Below, one piece after another: positions 50,256-59,897 of a stretch of 64,000 nucleotides of DNA. The notes beneath the pieces were generated by a model, which did not search any database, was not told the DNA's origin, and worked only from the letters and a program-made list of their open reading frames with translations. This DNA is from Alphaproteobacteria bacterium (GTDB lineage Bacteria > Pseudomonadota > Alphaproteobacteria > Methylaequorales > Methylaequoraceae). A program made the translations under genes and the position numbers. The stretch covers positions 1,176-65,175 of the forward strand of contig BOXE01000006.1 in NCBI GenBank assembly GCA_019650635.1, read 5' to 3'. Positions within the stretch are counted from its first letter, which is position 1. Each line of letters starts with the position of its first letter.

Positions 50256-51360
50256 TTAGACTACCTCACCACCGTCATTTGGATCGTCTGGAGGTGGAGG
50301 CATATCTGCGGGCATATCACCTGGCATTGGCCCAGGATCTCCTGGAGGAGGTCCTTCTGGACCTTGATGTGCTCCTGCATCATCCATGTGTGATTCATGT
50401 CAGCCTATCTCCAGGAGGAGGTTTTCTCCGGAGGAGGCCCCCTTCACCAGCACCAAAACCGTGGATCGTTAGGATCGTGTTGTGGCATATCACCTGGAGG
50501 AGGTCCGCCAGCGGCCCACCTTCAAAATAAGGGGTCCCCTTCACCACCAGGAGGTGGCGGAGGCATTCCGTCTCCATCCATATCCATGCCTGGAGGCGGT
50601 CCGTCTGGTCCCATGCTGGTCCCTGGTCCACCCCCATATCACCTGGAGGCGGTCCGTCTGGTCCCATACCACCTGGTCCCATGTCACCCGGAGGCGGTCC
50701 GTCTGGTCCCATTCCACCTGGCCCCATATCACCTGGAGGCGGTCCGTCTGGTCCCATACCACCTGGTCCCATGTCACCTGGAGGCGGTCCGTCTGGTCCC
50801 ATAGCACCTGGCCCCATGTCACCTGGAGGCGGTCCGTCTGGTCCCATTCCACCTGGCCCCATATCACCTGGAGGCGGTCCGTCTGGTCCTTGCCCAGCCA
50901 TATCACCTGGAGGAGGTCCGCCTTCACCTGGAGGCGGTCCTTCTGGTCCTGGCCCTGCCATATCACCTGGAGCCCCTGGTAAATCACCCGGAGGCGGAGG
51001 TGGGGGTGCATCAGCACCTGGTCCCATGTCTGGAACAGGAGGCATATCTGGACCAAAATCAGAGCATGGTCCGTCAGGACATCCATCTAAATGAGTATCC
51101 ATAACCTCAGAAACAGCGTCAAAAGCGTCTGCTGCACTTGCACCAGGGTTTTCAGCCATAAAATCGTTGTATGCACCTTGAGCGGTGTCAGCCATGTTCA
51201 TCATAACTTCCGGCGGCATTCCACCATCAGTCATAACGTCCATTGCTGCAGTCATACATTCGTCAAAACTACCTCCACCCTGCATCACGTCAAATGCAGC
51301 TGAACCTGCGGCATCACCGAGATCCATTAGTTCAGGAGGCAGGTTAGTAAATTCTGCCAT
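50256..51360 (-). CDS. Met/Asp/Pro/Gly-rich repeat protein with no FecR or RTX domain. The C-terminal third is frame-broken as assembled.
   Basis: The ORF 50395-51360 has a Met-rich N-terminus (MAEFTNLPPELMDLGD...DECMTAAMDVMTDGGMPPEVMMNMADTAQ) and then at least 6 copies of GPDGPPPGDMGPGGM. After the frame changes, the sequence continues ...GPDGPPPGMDMDGDGMPPPPPGGEGDP... and ends ...PPPPDDPNDGGEVV* with a stop at 50256-50258. Confidence 0.65.
50590..50890 (-). repeat. Tandem 45-nt coding repeat of about 6-7 units, with two alternating variants that give a roughly 90-nt super-period.
   Basis: The plus-strand unit is ggaggcggtccgtctggtcccat(a/t)(c/g)cacctgg(t/c)cccat(g/a)tcacct, repeated head to tail. 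Confidence 0.85.
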
Positions 51361-51477
51361 AATAAATTCCTTTATTAAATTGTAAGATTAAATTGTGTTA
51401 ATACTTTTAAAAAGTCGATACAGTCTAATTTTAAGCTTATTTTATTTTTAAATTTTAATCAAGCTTTAAATTAATTT

Positions 51478-52803
51478 TTATTTTTCAATTGTTTCAAAAT
51501 TTAGAATTCCGCATAATTTTAATAATTCGAAGGATGAAATAATTAGTTGATATTGTGCGTTTACTAAATTTGATTCAGAATCTGTTAGTTCTTTTTGCGC
51601 ATCTAGAATTTCTAATGTTGTTCTGGTACCAACACTTGCTTCTTTTGTTACTCCCTCAACTGCCATTAAATTTGACTCAACTGAAACCTCAAGAGAATTT
51701 ATACTTGATTTTGAACTTTGTATTTTCTTCCATGCCGAATTAATTTGAAATTGTAAGTCAAGTTTTTTGTCTCAATTGATTTAATAACAGTAAGAGCAGA
51801 ATCTTTTGATTTTTCTAAATTCAAAAAATTATGTCCTTTGTTAAATAATGGAACTGTAACATTGGCAGTTACTGAGTATGAATCTGTTCTTTCAACTGTT
51901 CTTGAGGAGTCAAGTGATTTTCCTACTGAACCAGACAAAGAAAATTCCGGTGCAAAGTTTAAATTATTTTTTCTTACATCCAATTTTGAGTTCATAAGTT
52001 GTAATTTTAATTTTCTATAATCTGGGTTCTTTTCTAAACCTGTTTTTATTGAATCTTCCAGAGATTTTGGAAGTTTTGGTATTTGACCAAATTTTAACCA
52101 ATCTTTTGGATTGGCGTCGACAATTTGCGCATTATTAGAATCAAACCATTTAATATCTGGAGCTCTACCAACAATTGTTTTAAAATCAGAAATTGAAATT
52201 TCTAAGTTATTTTCAGCTTCTATTCTCTTTGAAGTAGCACCTGCTAATCTTGCTTTAGCTTGAAAAACGTCAGTTTTAGTTACGTCTTTAAATTCGAATC
52301 GTTTTTCAGCAGCATTTAGTTTTTTTTCAAGAGTATCTTCGTTCCTTTTTGAAACATCTAAAAGAAAATAATCCTTTAAAACAGTATAATAAGCTCTACT
52401 AGCTTTAAATAAAACATCTTGGACTGTGGCGTAAAAGGTTAACTTTGCGATGTTCAAGTTATTTTTAGCTTGCTTAAAAATTTATAGCTTTTGTGTAACC
52501 TAAAGGTTGAGATAAATCTACGTCGAAAGTGGTTGGGTTGAAAGCGCTATCATTAATTCGAGATGTATCAGGATTGCTTTTTGAAATTTTCCTTCCTTGT
52601 GAAGCTGAAAAGTCAAGGGATGGTAGAAAATCTGTTTTGGAAATTTTTAAATCTTTTTCTGAAATTTTTAATTCTGTTTTACTTTTTTCAATGTCCGGAT
52701 AAAACTTATATGCATCTTTCAAAACATCGGAGAGTTCTTCAGAAATTGAAATAATAGGAAAAAATATCGATGCTAAGATAACCAGATTTAATTTGGATTT
52801 CAC
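51478..52803 (-). CDS. TolC-family outer-membrane protein, locus B. Two frame breaks are present as assembled.
   Basis: The fragments 52474-52803 (signal peptide MKSKLNLVILASIFFPIISIS, ...FLPSLDFSASQG), 51699-52457 and 51478-51666 (…ILDAQKELTDSESNLVNAQYQLIISSFELLKLCG) are collinear with TolC. Confidence 0.8.
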
Positions 52804-52931
52804 TTCTAAATTTCCATTTCCTCAAAATTAAACTAATATTAAAGTAACTTCGAATTAACAACAACATTTAAAAGAAAAATTTAAATTTTTCGCTTTTAAT
52901 TCACCAATTCATATATTATAAGCAGATTAAT

Positions 52932-53008
<77 letters not shown>

Positions 53009-53016
53009 TTAAGTTT

Positions 53017-53664
53017 TTGGAAAGCATTGATATTGACCTTTATGGGAGAAAGTTATGTTTAAAAACTATTTTGTTGCAATTTTTATTATCAGTAATTGGA
53101 TTTTCTGCTTCAGCAAACGACTATTTTAAAGCTCTAGAGCTTTTTAATAAAAAAATGATAGAACAATCTATCATTCACTTTAAGAAAGTAGCTGAAGACG
53201 AGAATCATGAAAAAAGAAGTGATGCAATGTTTAATATTGCTCTTATCTATGATAATGGTTTTGGAATTCAAACTGATAAAACTAGAGCACTATATTACTA
53301 TGAATCTGCTTCAGAACTTTCAAACAAGTATGCTTTATTTAATTTAGGTTGGATGTATTATAATGGAGAAAACGTAAATAAAGACGTTTTCAAAGCATAT
53401 GAATTATATAAAATGGCGTCAGATTTTGGTCATCCAAGAGCAATGTATAATTTAGCTAATATGCATTTTACTGGAACAGGTACTGTTAAAGATTTAAAGA
53501 TGGCTTATAAATTATTTTTAAAATCAAAGATGCATGGAATCCAAGAAAGTGAATATTTTATTGAACAAATTGCAATTTCTTTAAAACCTGAGGAGTTAAA
53601 TCTGCTTAATAGAGAGTTTGAATCATTGATAGAAAAAAAAATTGTTTTACCGCCTATAAATTAA
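53017..53664 (+). CDS. Sel1-repeat (TPR-like) secreted protein. The real start is probably the ATG near 53,054, with a frame slip in the signal peptide.
   Basis: It has four or five Sel1-type repeats (…AMFNIALIYDNGFGIQTDKTRALYYYESASE.., ..ALFNLGWMYYNGENVNKDVFKAYELYKMASDFGHPRAMYNLANMHFTGTGTVKDLKMAYKLF). Confidence 0.75.
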   Translation: MESIDIDLYGRKLCLKTILLQFLLSVIGFSASANDYFKALELFNKKMIEQSIIHFKKVAEDENHEKRSDAMFNIALIYDNGFGIQTDKTRALYYYESASELSNKYALFNLGWMYYNGENVNKDVFKAYELYKMASDFGHPRAMYNLANMHFTGTGTVKDLKMAYKLFLKSKMHGIQESEYFIEQIAISLKPEELNLLNREFESLIEKKIVLPPIN

Positions 53665-53880
53665 AAAGATATCTTACTAATACTAATATTAAGTAAAATG
53701 AAATTAGGAAGCATAGAATAACTATTGAAAACTTATTTTTTTTAAACTTTAAAAAAAAATTTGTAAGTCAGGTATGTATCAATAATTGCAAGTATAAATG
53801 CAAATAGATAGATATTCATGAAACTGAATAAACTATATTTTAAAAATAAATTTTTATAAATATGCAGTAGATTGTTATAT

Positions 53881-54262
53881 TTATATTACTTCCTCCCCAA
53901 TATTAATCATAAAAAGGCGTTTTTTTTCTAAAAACGCCTTTTTATTTTTTTCACAGTTATAACGCTTAATATATTGATCTTTATAAGTTATCCATTTGTT
54001 TGTAGAAATATTAAAGGTGCTCCTAGTATTAAAAATATCATTATTAAAAATAATTTCATTTCTTCCAAATAAAATTACATTATCAAAAAATCCTCCTGAA
54101 TAATTTCACTATAGTTTGATCTTTAAAGTTAACAATTTTTGAAAAGTCTCTGCTTAATCCTATGTCTAAGGAGGAATTTATTTCTGAACATACAAGTTTA
54201 AAGTCTTGGCTTATTACAGACTTGTTAAATAATAAAATTATAATTATCAAAATTTTAATCAT
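53881..54262 (-). CDS. Small secreted hypothetical protein, frameshifted. The true stop probably lies before the hairpin at 53,911-53,945.
   Basis: The minus-strand ATG is at 54260-54262. It reads MIKILIIIILLFNKSVISQDFKLVCSE... and later ...WITYKDQYIKRYNCEK. Confidence 0.3.
53911..53945. terminator. Bidirectional hairpin terminator.
   Basis: The sequence AAAAAGGCGTTTTT-ttc-TAAAAACGCCTTTTT has A/T runs on both sides. Confidence 0.6.
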
Positions 54263-54274
54263 ATTACAATAACT

Positions 54275-54351
54275 TGGCGACCCCGGTACGATTCGAACGT
54301 ACGACCTACTGCTTAGAAGGCAGTTGCTCTATCCAGCTGAGCTACGGGGCC
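54275..54351 (-). tRNA. tRNA-Arg (anticodon UCU).
   Basis: The reverse complement reads GGCCCCGTAGCTCAGCTGGATAGAGCAACTGCCTTCTAAGCAGTAGGTCGTACGTTCGAATCGTACCGGGGTCGCCA. The anticodon arm is ACTGC-cTTCTaa-GCAGT. Confidence 0.9.
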
Positions 54352-54470
54352 GAATAAGTCTATTTATACATAAAGATACTAGAGATTGAAATATTTCTTT
54401 TTTTTAACTTTATTATTTTAAATATTAATAATTTTCTTAAATTTTTTTTTGATTATATCAAATTTTTCTT

Positions 54471-55302
54471 TTAATTCTTAAGAATGTACGAAGGATTCAT
54501 AACATTATTATTTAACAAACATTTGTACATTTTATCAATCAGAGAATCAGAGAGGTTTGGACGTAGAATATTAAAATAATTAATTTTTTTTTTTATTTGA
54601 TTTAATTTTTTTTTTACATCTATTTTTTTTAAATTTTTGTAAGACTCTAATTCCTCACCACACCACAAAAACTTAAGTTCATAATGTGAGTTAATTTTAC
54701 TGTAAGTTAAAATTTTTGGTTTTTCTAACTTACTTGAATCAAATTTGGACAGTTTATCATCAATTTGATCAATATAATCTAAAGAATTTTCAATATATTT
54801 TAATGCAACTTTTTTTTCACGATAATATTTCTGTTCAATATTTCTTGTATCTTTGCCTATAACATTATTAAAAGGATCATAAAAATTTATTTCTATACTA
54901 TCTTTAAATTTTATTTTTTTTTGCTTTAAGTTATTTTCTTTTGCACTCAAATTGAAACACTCAATTATATCTGGGTGAGAGAGGTCAGGTTTTATAACTG
55001 AAATTTTTGAATAAAAATTCTTCATTGCCATTAATACATTTAAAACATCTTTTTTTTCTATATTTGTTTGAGATCTTATAATTTTTTTTGACCATCTAAG
55101 GTGAACATGAAAAAGATTTAACATGAAATTTGAAGTCTCCCAATGATAAGAACTTCTTTTGTTTAGAAAATATCTGGTAAAAAAAATTCTTTTCTTGGAA
55201 TTTATTCCACTCTTCAATAGAAATTTGAATATCTTTTAATGCTTGTTCTTTATGTGGTTTTAAAAAATTACTTTTTTTTTGATTTTGAAGAATGTTTGTC
55301 AT
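54471..55302 (-). CDS. Hypothetical protein, probably one gene split by a frameshift near 55,100-55,200.
   Basis: The ORFs 55096-55302 and 54471-55217 overlap in different frames. The protein is Lys/Asn-rich and I recognised no family motif. Confidence 0.35.
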
Positions 55303-55588
55303 TTTTTTTTCTCATTATAAAGACTGGAAATAATGTTATAAACGAAATTACAAGTGAAGCTATTAAAATAACAATCATCCAGTATGTGGTTGCAATTTTT
55401 TCACAAAGATCTTTATTCGTTATAACGAAATCTTCGTTACATTTTTCGTAGTTATTGAATAAGTGATGAATAAGTTGTGTGTCTGAAAAGTAAATTAGGT
55501 TAATTAAGTACCCAAAAGAAATTAAAAAGAGCGTAAGAAAAATAATGCCTATCAAACATAGAAAGAGTCTCAGAAGGAAAAAAATCAT
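55268..55588 (-). CDS. Small membrane protein (2-3 TM segments), hypothetical.
   Basis: 106-aa ORF with hydrophobic segments IFFLLRLFLCLIGIIFLTLFLISFGYLINLIYF and WMIVILIASLVISFITLFPVFI. Confidence 0.4.
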   Translation of the reverse strand: MIFFLLRLFLCLIGIIFLTLFLISFGYLINLIYFSDTQLIHHLFNNYEKCNEDFVITNKDLCEKIATTYWMIVILIASLVISFITLFPVFIMRKKNDKHSSKSKKK

Positions 55589-55611
55589 GTTATTTTAATA
55601 TGAATATGTTA

Positions 55612-56199
55612 CTAATTTTTGATTTTATATTCTAATTCATTGACATGTCTTTGAAATCTATCTTTTAGTGTTTTGTGATTTTTTAAGAATTTTTTTAATT
55701 TATTACAAAGTGTTTTGTAGTACCACAAAATATCGTTAGTTGTTTGTAAATGATTTTTCCATAATTTTTTTCCAATTTTATTATGATCGTTTATCATACA
55801 ACTAACACTATGAAGTTTATCACATAAAATTACAAAAAGAGAAGATTGAGATTTTTTCTGAATTGTTTCTAAATATTCTTTTTTTTTTTCAAGCCATTGA
55901 TCATTTTGGTTATCCAAATCCTCGTAATCAGAACATTGCTTTACTATATTAAAAACTTTAACACCGAATTTCTTTTTTATAAAATTTGACTTTTTATTTA
56001 TATCTTCTAACTCAAAATAATCGTGAATTAATGCTGCAATTGCTTCATCAGTATTTCCATTATTTTCTATTATCAAATTACTAACTGAAGACAAATAATT
56101 AAAATATGGAAATTTTATTCCTTTTCTGTATTTATGCCGATAAAAGTTATATGAAAAGTCCAATGCTCTTTTGTATTGAATTAAGTCTAATTTCCCCAT
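55612..56199 (-). CDS. HD-domain protein related to small SpoT/Mesh1-like (p)ppGpp hydrolases.
   Basis: It reads ...YRHKYRKGIKFPYFNYLSSVSNLI...EAIAALIHDYFELEDINKKSNFIKKKFGVKVFNIVKQCSD...VILCDKLHSVSCM. The first conserved His ('PY..H') is not present. Confidence 0.4.
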   Translation of the reverse strand: MGKLDLIQYKRALDFSYNFYRHKYRKGIKFPYFNYLSSVSNLIIENNGNTDEAIAALIHDYFELEDINKKSNFIKKKFGVKVFNIVKQCSDYEDLDNQNDQWLEKKKEYLETIQKKSQSSLFVILCDKLHSVSCMINDHNKIGKKLWKNHLQTTNDILWYYKTLCNKLKKFLKNHKTLKDRFQRHVNELEYKIKN

Positions 56200-56268
56200 G
56201 TTATAATTAAATGTTTAAAAGATTATAATTTATTGTTCAAAAGAGTAATATCAGCATTGGAAATTTTT

Positions 56269-57285
56269 TTAAATGTTTTTGTAAAAATTATTTAAAGTTT
56301 CAATGTGTGTTACAGTTGCTTTTGCATTACCTTCAACATTGTAACCGCCCTCTAAAATTGACAGAATTCTTCCATTACAATGCTTTTCGGCTATTTGGAG
56401 CGCAATTGTTGTCAGTGTTTTAAATCCTTTATCTGAAACTTCAAAGCAACCAAGAGGATCATCCTTTCTACTATCAAATCCAGCAGATATTAAAATAAAA
56501 TCAGGTTTAAAAATATTTGCTTTTTTTACTAATGTATTTTCATAAGTACTTATAATTTTTTTATCAGTTGTACCGCAAGGAAGGTGAATATTAACATTAT
56601 ACCCTTTACCTTTTCCACTTCCTGTTCTGTCAGGTGATCCAGTTCTTGGGTAGGCGTTTGCATCATGAGTTGAAAAGAAAAGAACTGAAGGATCTTTATA
56701 AAAGAATAATTCTGTTGAATTCCCATGATGATAGTCCCAATCAATAATAAGTACTTTCTTTAATTTATATTTACTTTGTATATATTTAGCTGATATTGCG
56801 ATGTGATTATAAAAACAAAATCCTTCATGTTTTCCAGTATTTAGAGCATGATGTCCAGGTGGACGTACTGCACAAAAAATATTTTTATGCCTGTTTTTCA
56901 TAATTTCGTCTATACCCTGCAAACAGCCTTTAACTGCTGTTAGTGAGGATTTCTCACCAATTGGATACTTACTCTTTAAAGATTTAATATGAAAATTTGA
57001 ATGGATAGTCTTTACCCAATTTTTTTCTTTTGTTTTAAGATTGATTTCTCGAATCAAAATTCCTAATTTTTTTTTTTCAAGTAATTTTATTAATTCTATA
57101 ATTCTTTCTGATTTCTCTGGATGATCAATTGAGATTAAATGATTTAGTACAATATCGTGTGTCAAAACTCCGGTTTGATTCCGTTTGTTAAAATTCGCAA
57201 ATAAATTGTTAAAAAACTTTATTTTGAAAAAGAAAATGAAAATAGTATAAAAAGAAAATAGCAGAAATTTTCTTTTTTTCTTCAT
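56269..57285 (-). CDS. Histone deacetylase / acetoin-utilisation / acetylpolyamine amidohydrolase family enzyme with an N-terminal hydrophobic anchor.
   Basis: It reads ...FCAVRPPGHHALNTGKHEGFCFYNHIAISA...VLIIDWDYHHGNSTE...ISAGFDSRKDDPLG...LEGGYN. The N-terminus is MKKKRKFLLFSFYTIFIFFFKIKFF. Confidence 0.8.
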   Translation of the reverse strand: MKKKRKFLLFSFYTIFIFFFKIKFFNNLFANFNKRNQTGVLTHDIVLNHLISIDHPEKSERIIELIKLLEKKKLGILIREINLKTKEKNWVKTIHSNFHIKSLKSKYPIGEKSSLTAVKGCLQGIDEIMKNRHKNIFCAVRPPGHHALNTGKHEGFCFYNHIAISAKYIQSKYKLKKVLIIDWDYHHGNSTELFFYKDPSVLFFSTHDANAYPRTGSPDRTGSGKGKGYNVNIHLPCGTTDKKIISTYENTLVKKANIFKPDFILISAGFDSRKDDPLGCFEVSDKGFKTLTTIALQIAEKHCNGRILSILEGGYNVEGNAKATVTHIETLNNFYKNI

Positions 57286-57291
57286 TTGATA

Positions 57292-57888
57292 TTATCTTTT
57301 TAATTGAAATATTGATTCATAAGTAGTTTCGTAAATTCTTTCTACAAGATTTTCAAGAGCTTTTTGTCCAGATTTAACTGCACCACTCTGTAAATTACAA
57401 TTAAGAAAAATATTCTTTTCCCAATTCATACTCGAAGAAATGTCATTAATAACACTTTTTGAGGAATTTGAGACCTCAATTTTGATATCTAATGAAATTT
57501 GGTACATCCCAGTATTCCTGACTGTTTCAAATTTTGAGTTCCCTTTAAAATCATAGAAAGAAATTTGAGAAACAAAACCTTTTCCTTCTATTTTTTCTTT
57601 TTCTAACTTTTGATCAACTATTTCAAAATCTTTGAACATCTTATAAACTAAATTTTCAATTGATTTCTTGATTGGTTTATCAAAGTTTAATTTTAGTGCC
57701 CATGATTCACAGTTTTCAGACTAAATTTGATTGATTTGATTAAAGTTTTCTTTGGAAATAAAGATTGCATGCTTTCCCTCTATTTTTGCTGTAGGAGGAG
57801 GAGAAACTTCCAAGATATTTGATTTATCAAAATTTTTAGCGCAACTTAATATAAGAAAAAACAAACATATAAAAAAAGTTTTTTTCAC
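57292..57888 (-). CDS. Putative lipoprotein, hypothetical. One in-frame break is present as assembled.
   Basis: A GTG start at 57886-57888 gives VKKTFFICLFFLILSCAKNF (a lipobox-like LSC). It continues into ORF 57292-57639. Confidence 0.4.
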
Positions 57889-57932
57889 AATATTTAGATT
57901 ATAATAATTAAAAACATTATTGAAACGAAAAT

Positions 57933-57970
57933 TTAAATACGTAGGACTTGAAATTTTCCTACGTATTTAA
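57933..57970. promoter_or_regulatory. Perfect 14-bp inverted repeat with a 10-nt loop in a divergent intergenic region.
   Basis: The sequence is TTAAATACGTAGGA-cttgaaattt-TCCTACGTATTTAA. Confidence 0.5.
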
Positions 57971-58342
57971 GATAAAAAAGTTTTACTTCTTTGAAAATTT
58001 ATATCCCCATCTGTTTTCAGATGCGTCCCAAACTCTATTAGTTTCTTTAGGTATTTTTACAAAGAAGTTGTTAAACTTTATTATATTATTGGTTAATAAC
58101 ATACTATTCACTCCGTTAAAGTTAATTAGCATGTACTTTTGACGCATGTACTATGCGCCACTTTTAAACCATGTGGATGGTATCCTAAATATACAAATAT
58201 TTTAGTAAATTACAACAACTAATAAAATATTTAATGAATTTCATAAATCAATAGCTTTAAAATATGCATGTTTTAGTTTTATACTTTTAAAAGAGTTTAT
58301 AGAGGTGTTGAATATCCATAAGAGAACTATATTCTAGAAATC

Positions 58343-58702
58343 ATGATTTTGTTTTTTCTGATATCTCTTTTTTCTATACCGGTTTATGCAGGTGAAATTG
58401 ATGGGAAAGGTATAATTTGTAATGTATATGGAGATACTGTGGGATATTTCTTTGAAAGTGACAGAGCTTTTGAATATAAAATCGCTGGAGGAGATAAAGG
58501 GCTGGAGGTTGTAAAAAAAGATGTGGGAAAATATTACACAAATGAAAATTCAATTTTCATAAATGAAATCAAAATTAATAGAAAAGATTTAAAATATCAA
58601 AAATTCTCTTCATTTAGAGGTGAATGCAAGGCTTATGACAATTTTAATTCTTTTAAAGATGGATTTGATATAGAAAAACTAATTGAGGATAACAAGATTT
58701 AA
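58343..58702 (+). CDS. Small secreted Cys-pair protein, paralogous to 61846-62313.
   Basis: It has the signal peptide MILFFLISLFSIPVYAG, then GKGIICN..YFFESD..NENSIF..INRKDL..GECK, and ends ...EDNKI. Confidence 0.55.
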   Translation: MILFFLISLFSIPVYAGEIDGKGIICNVYGDTVGYFFESDRAFEYKIAGGDKGLEVVKKDVGKYYTNENSIFINEIKINRKDLKYQKFSSFRGECKAYDNFNSFKDGFDIEKLIEDNKI

Positions 58703-59119
58703 ATGAAAAGCTTCAATCTTACCTATGCAGCTTTTTTATTTCCAGCTATTCCTTTGATGATGCTTACCTTTGGAAACAGGTGGATTGCAATTAGCAAGTT
58801 AATTAGACAAATGCATAAGGATTTAGTTGACAAACGAAAACAACAAAGTAAATCAGCACCTAAATATTTAGTTCAAATTAAAATTTTAAGTTTGAGACTT
58901 AAATATGTTAAATATATGCAATTATTTTCAGGAATAGCTTTTATTATTAACCTTTTGACAATTCTATTTGGAATGATCGGGAGCACAATAGCGCCTTATT
59001 TGTTTGCTATGGCCTTAGTAATTTTTTCAACTGCATTGTTTATTTTTCTTATTGAAATTAATTTAAGTAGTCAAGCTCTTAAAACACATCTTGAAGATTT
59101 AGAAGATAAAAAAAAATAA
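58703..59119 (+). CDS. DUF2721-like small membrane protein.
   Basis: It starts immediately after the previous stop. It reads ...AAFLFPAIPLMMLTFGNRWIAISKLIRQMHKDL... plus two C-terminal TM segments. Confidence 0.45.
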   Translation: MKSFNLTYAAFLFPAIPLMMLTFGNRWIAISKLIRQMHKDLVDKRKQQSKSAPKYLVQIKILSLRLKYVKYMQLFSGIAFIINLLTILFGMIGSTIAPYLFAMALVIFSTALFIFLIEINLSSQALKTHLEDLEDKKK

Positions 59120-59179
59120 TTTTTAATACACTTGTTAATTTTATCTTGTGTTTTTTTTTTTTAATATTAAAAAACTAAT

Positions 59180-59749
59180 ATGATTTTCGTAAGGCTTACA
59201 ATTTTATTACTGCTATTTTCAGGAAATTTAAAAGCTTCTGACTTTAGTTCTCGAGAAGTCTTCAATAAGCTTCTAAAAGGTTTTTATAAAAATGAAATAC
59301 ATAAATGTAATTATGTTAATAAATCGTGGAGCACTGGTTTTGAGCAGTATCCTTATGGAATGGTTTTAAATAGCAGTGCATTTAAGAGTATATTAGTTTT
59401 TAACAACAGAAATGTTCTAGGAACATTATGGCCAAACATTGGAGAAATATCATTGGAAAGAGGTGTGAGAAAGTATCAATTATGGAAAAAAAATAAAAAT
59501 GATGAATATGAATTACTTAATTCAGATTATTTGGATGATGCAAGCAGTGCTGATATAAATTTAAAATCTGAAACAAATTCAAGTTATAAAGTATATTTTG
59601 ATAATAAAACATTAAAAATTGGAGTAAAACACTGGATTACAGATTTTTACAGTTGCGAAAAAATTGAATCATCTAATTTTGCAAAAAAAAAATTAATTGA
59701 TATTTTTGTTAATCAAAACGAATATGTTAAAAAAAGATTTCGCATATAG
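59180..59749 (+). CDS. Secreted hypothetical protein.
   Basis: 189-aa ORF with the signal peptide MIFVRLTILLLLFSGNLKAS and two Cys residues (…HKCNY…, …FYSCEK…). Confidence 0.45.
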   Translation: MIFVRLTILLLLFSGNLKASDFSSREVFNKLLKGFYKNEIHKCNYVNKSWSTGFEQYPYGMVLNSSAFKSILVFNNRNVLGTLWPNIGEISLERGVRKYQLWKKNKNDEYELLNSDYLDDASSADINLKSETNSSYKVYFDNKTLKIGVKHWITDFYSCEKIESSNFAKKKLIDIFVNQNEYVKKRFRI

Positions 59750-59897
59750 AGAGAAAAACCCAAGTCTATTTACAAATAATATTGAACTTCTTGCAAATTA
59801 GTATGGTAGAATTGTGGTAGAAATAAAATTTACTTATAGAATCATTTAATTTTTTTTATTTTTTTAAATTAAGAAATTTATGGTATAAATAATTAAT

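Noticed and set aside
50279-51385. Plus-strand ORFs (50279-50530, 50397-50804, 50482-50982, 50681-51094, 51091-51303, 51185-51385) and an off-frame minus ORF (50541-51086) overlap the Met/Pro/Gly-rich gene.
   Set aside because: The cause is the same stop-free repeat composition. The minus-strand frame has a sensible non-repetitive N-terminus, a spacing consistent with the upstream TolC gene, and a terminator after its stop.
54275-55302. The hypothetical gene next to tRNA-Arg might be an integrase marking a prophage or island junction.
   Set aside because: I could find no tyrosine-recombinase (R..H..R..Y) or serine-recombinase motifs in the 54471-55302 product, and no tRNA-derived direct repeat by eye.
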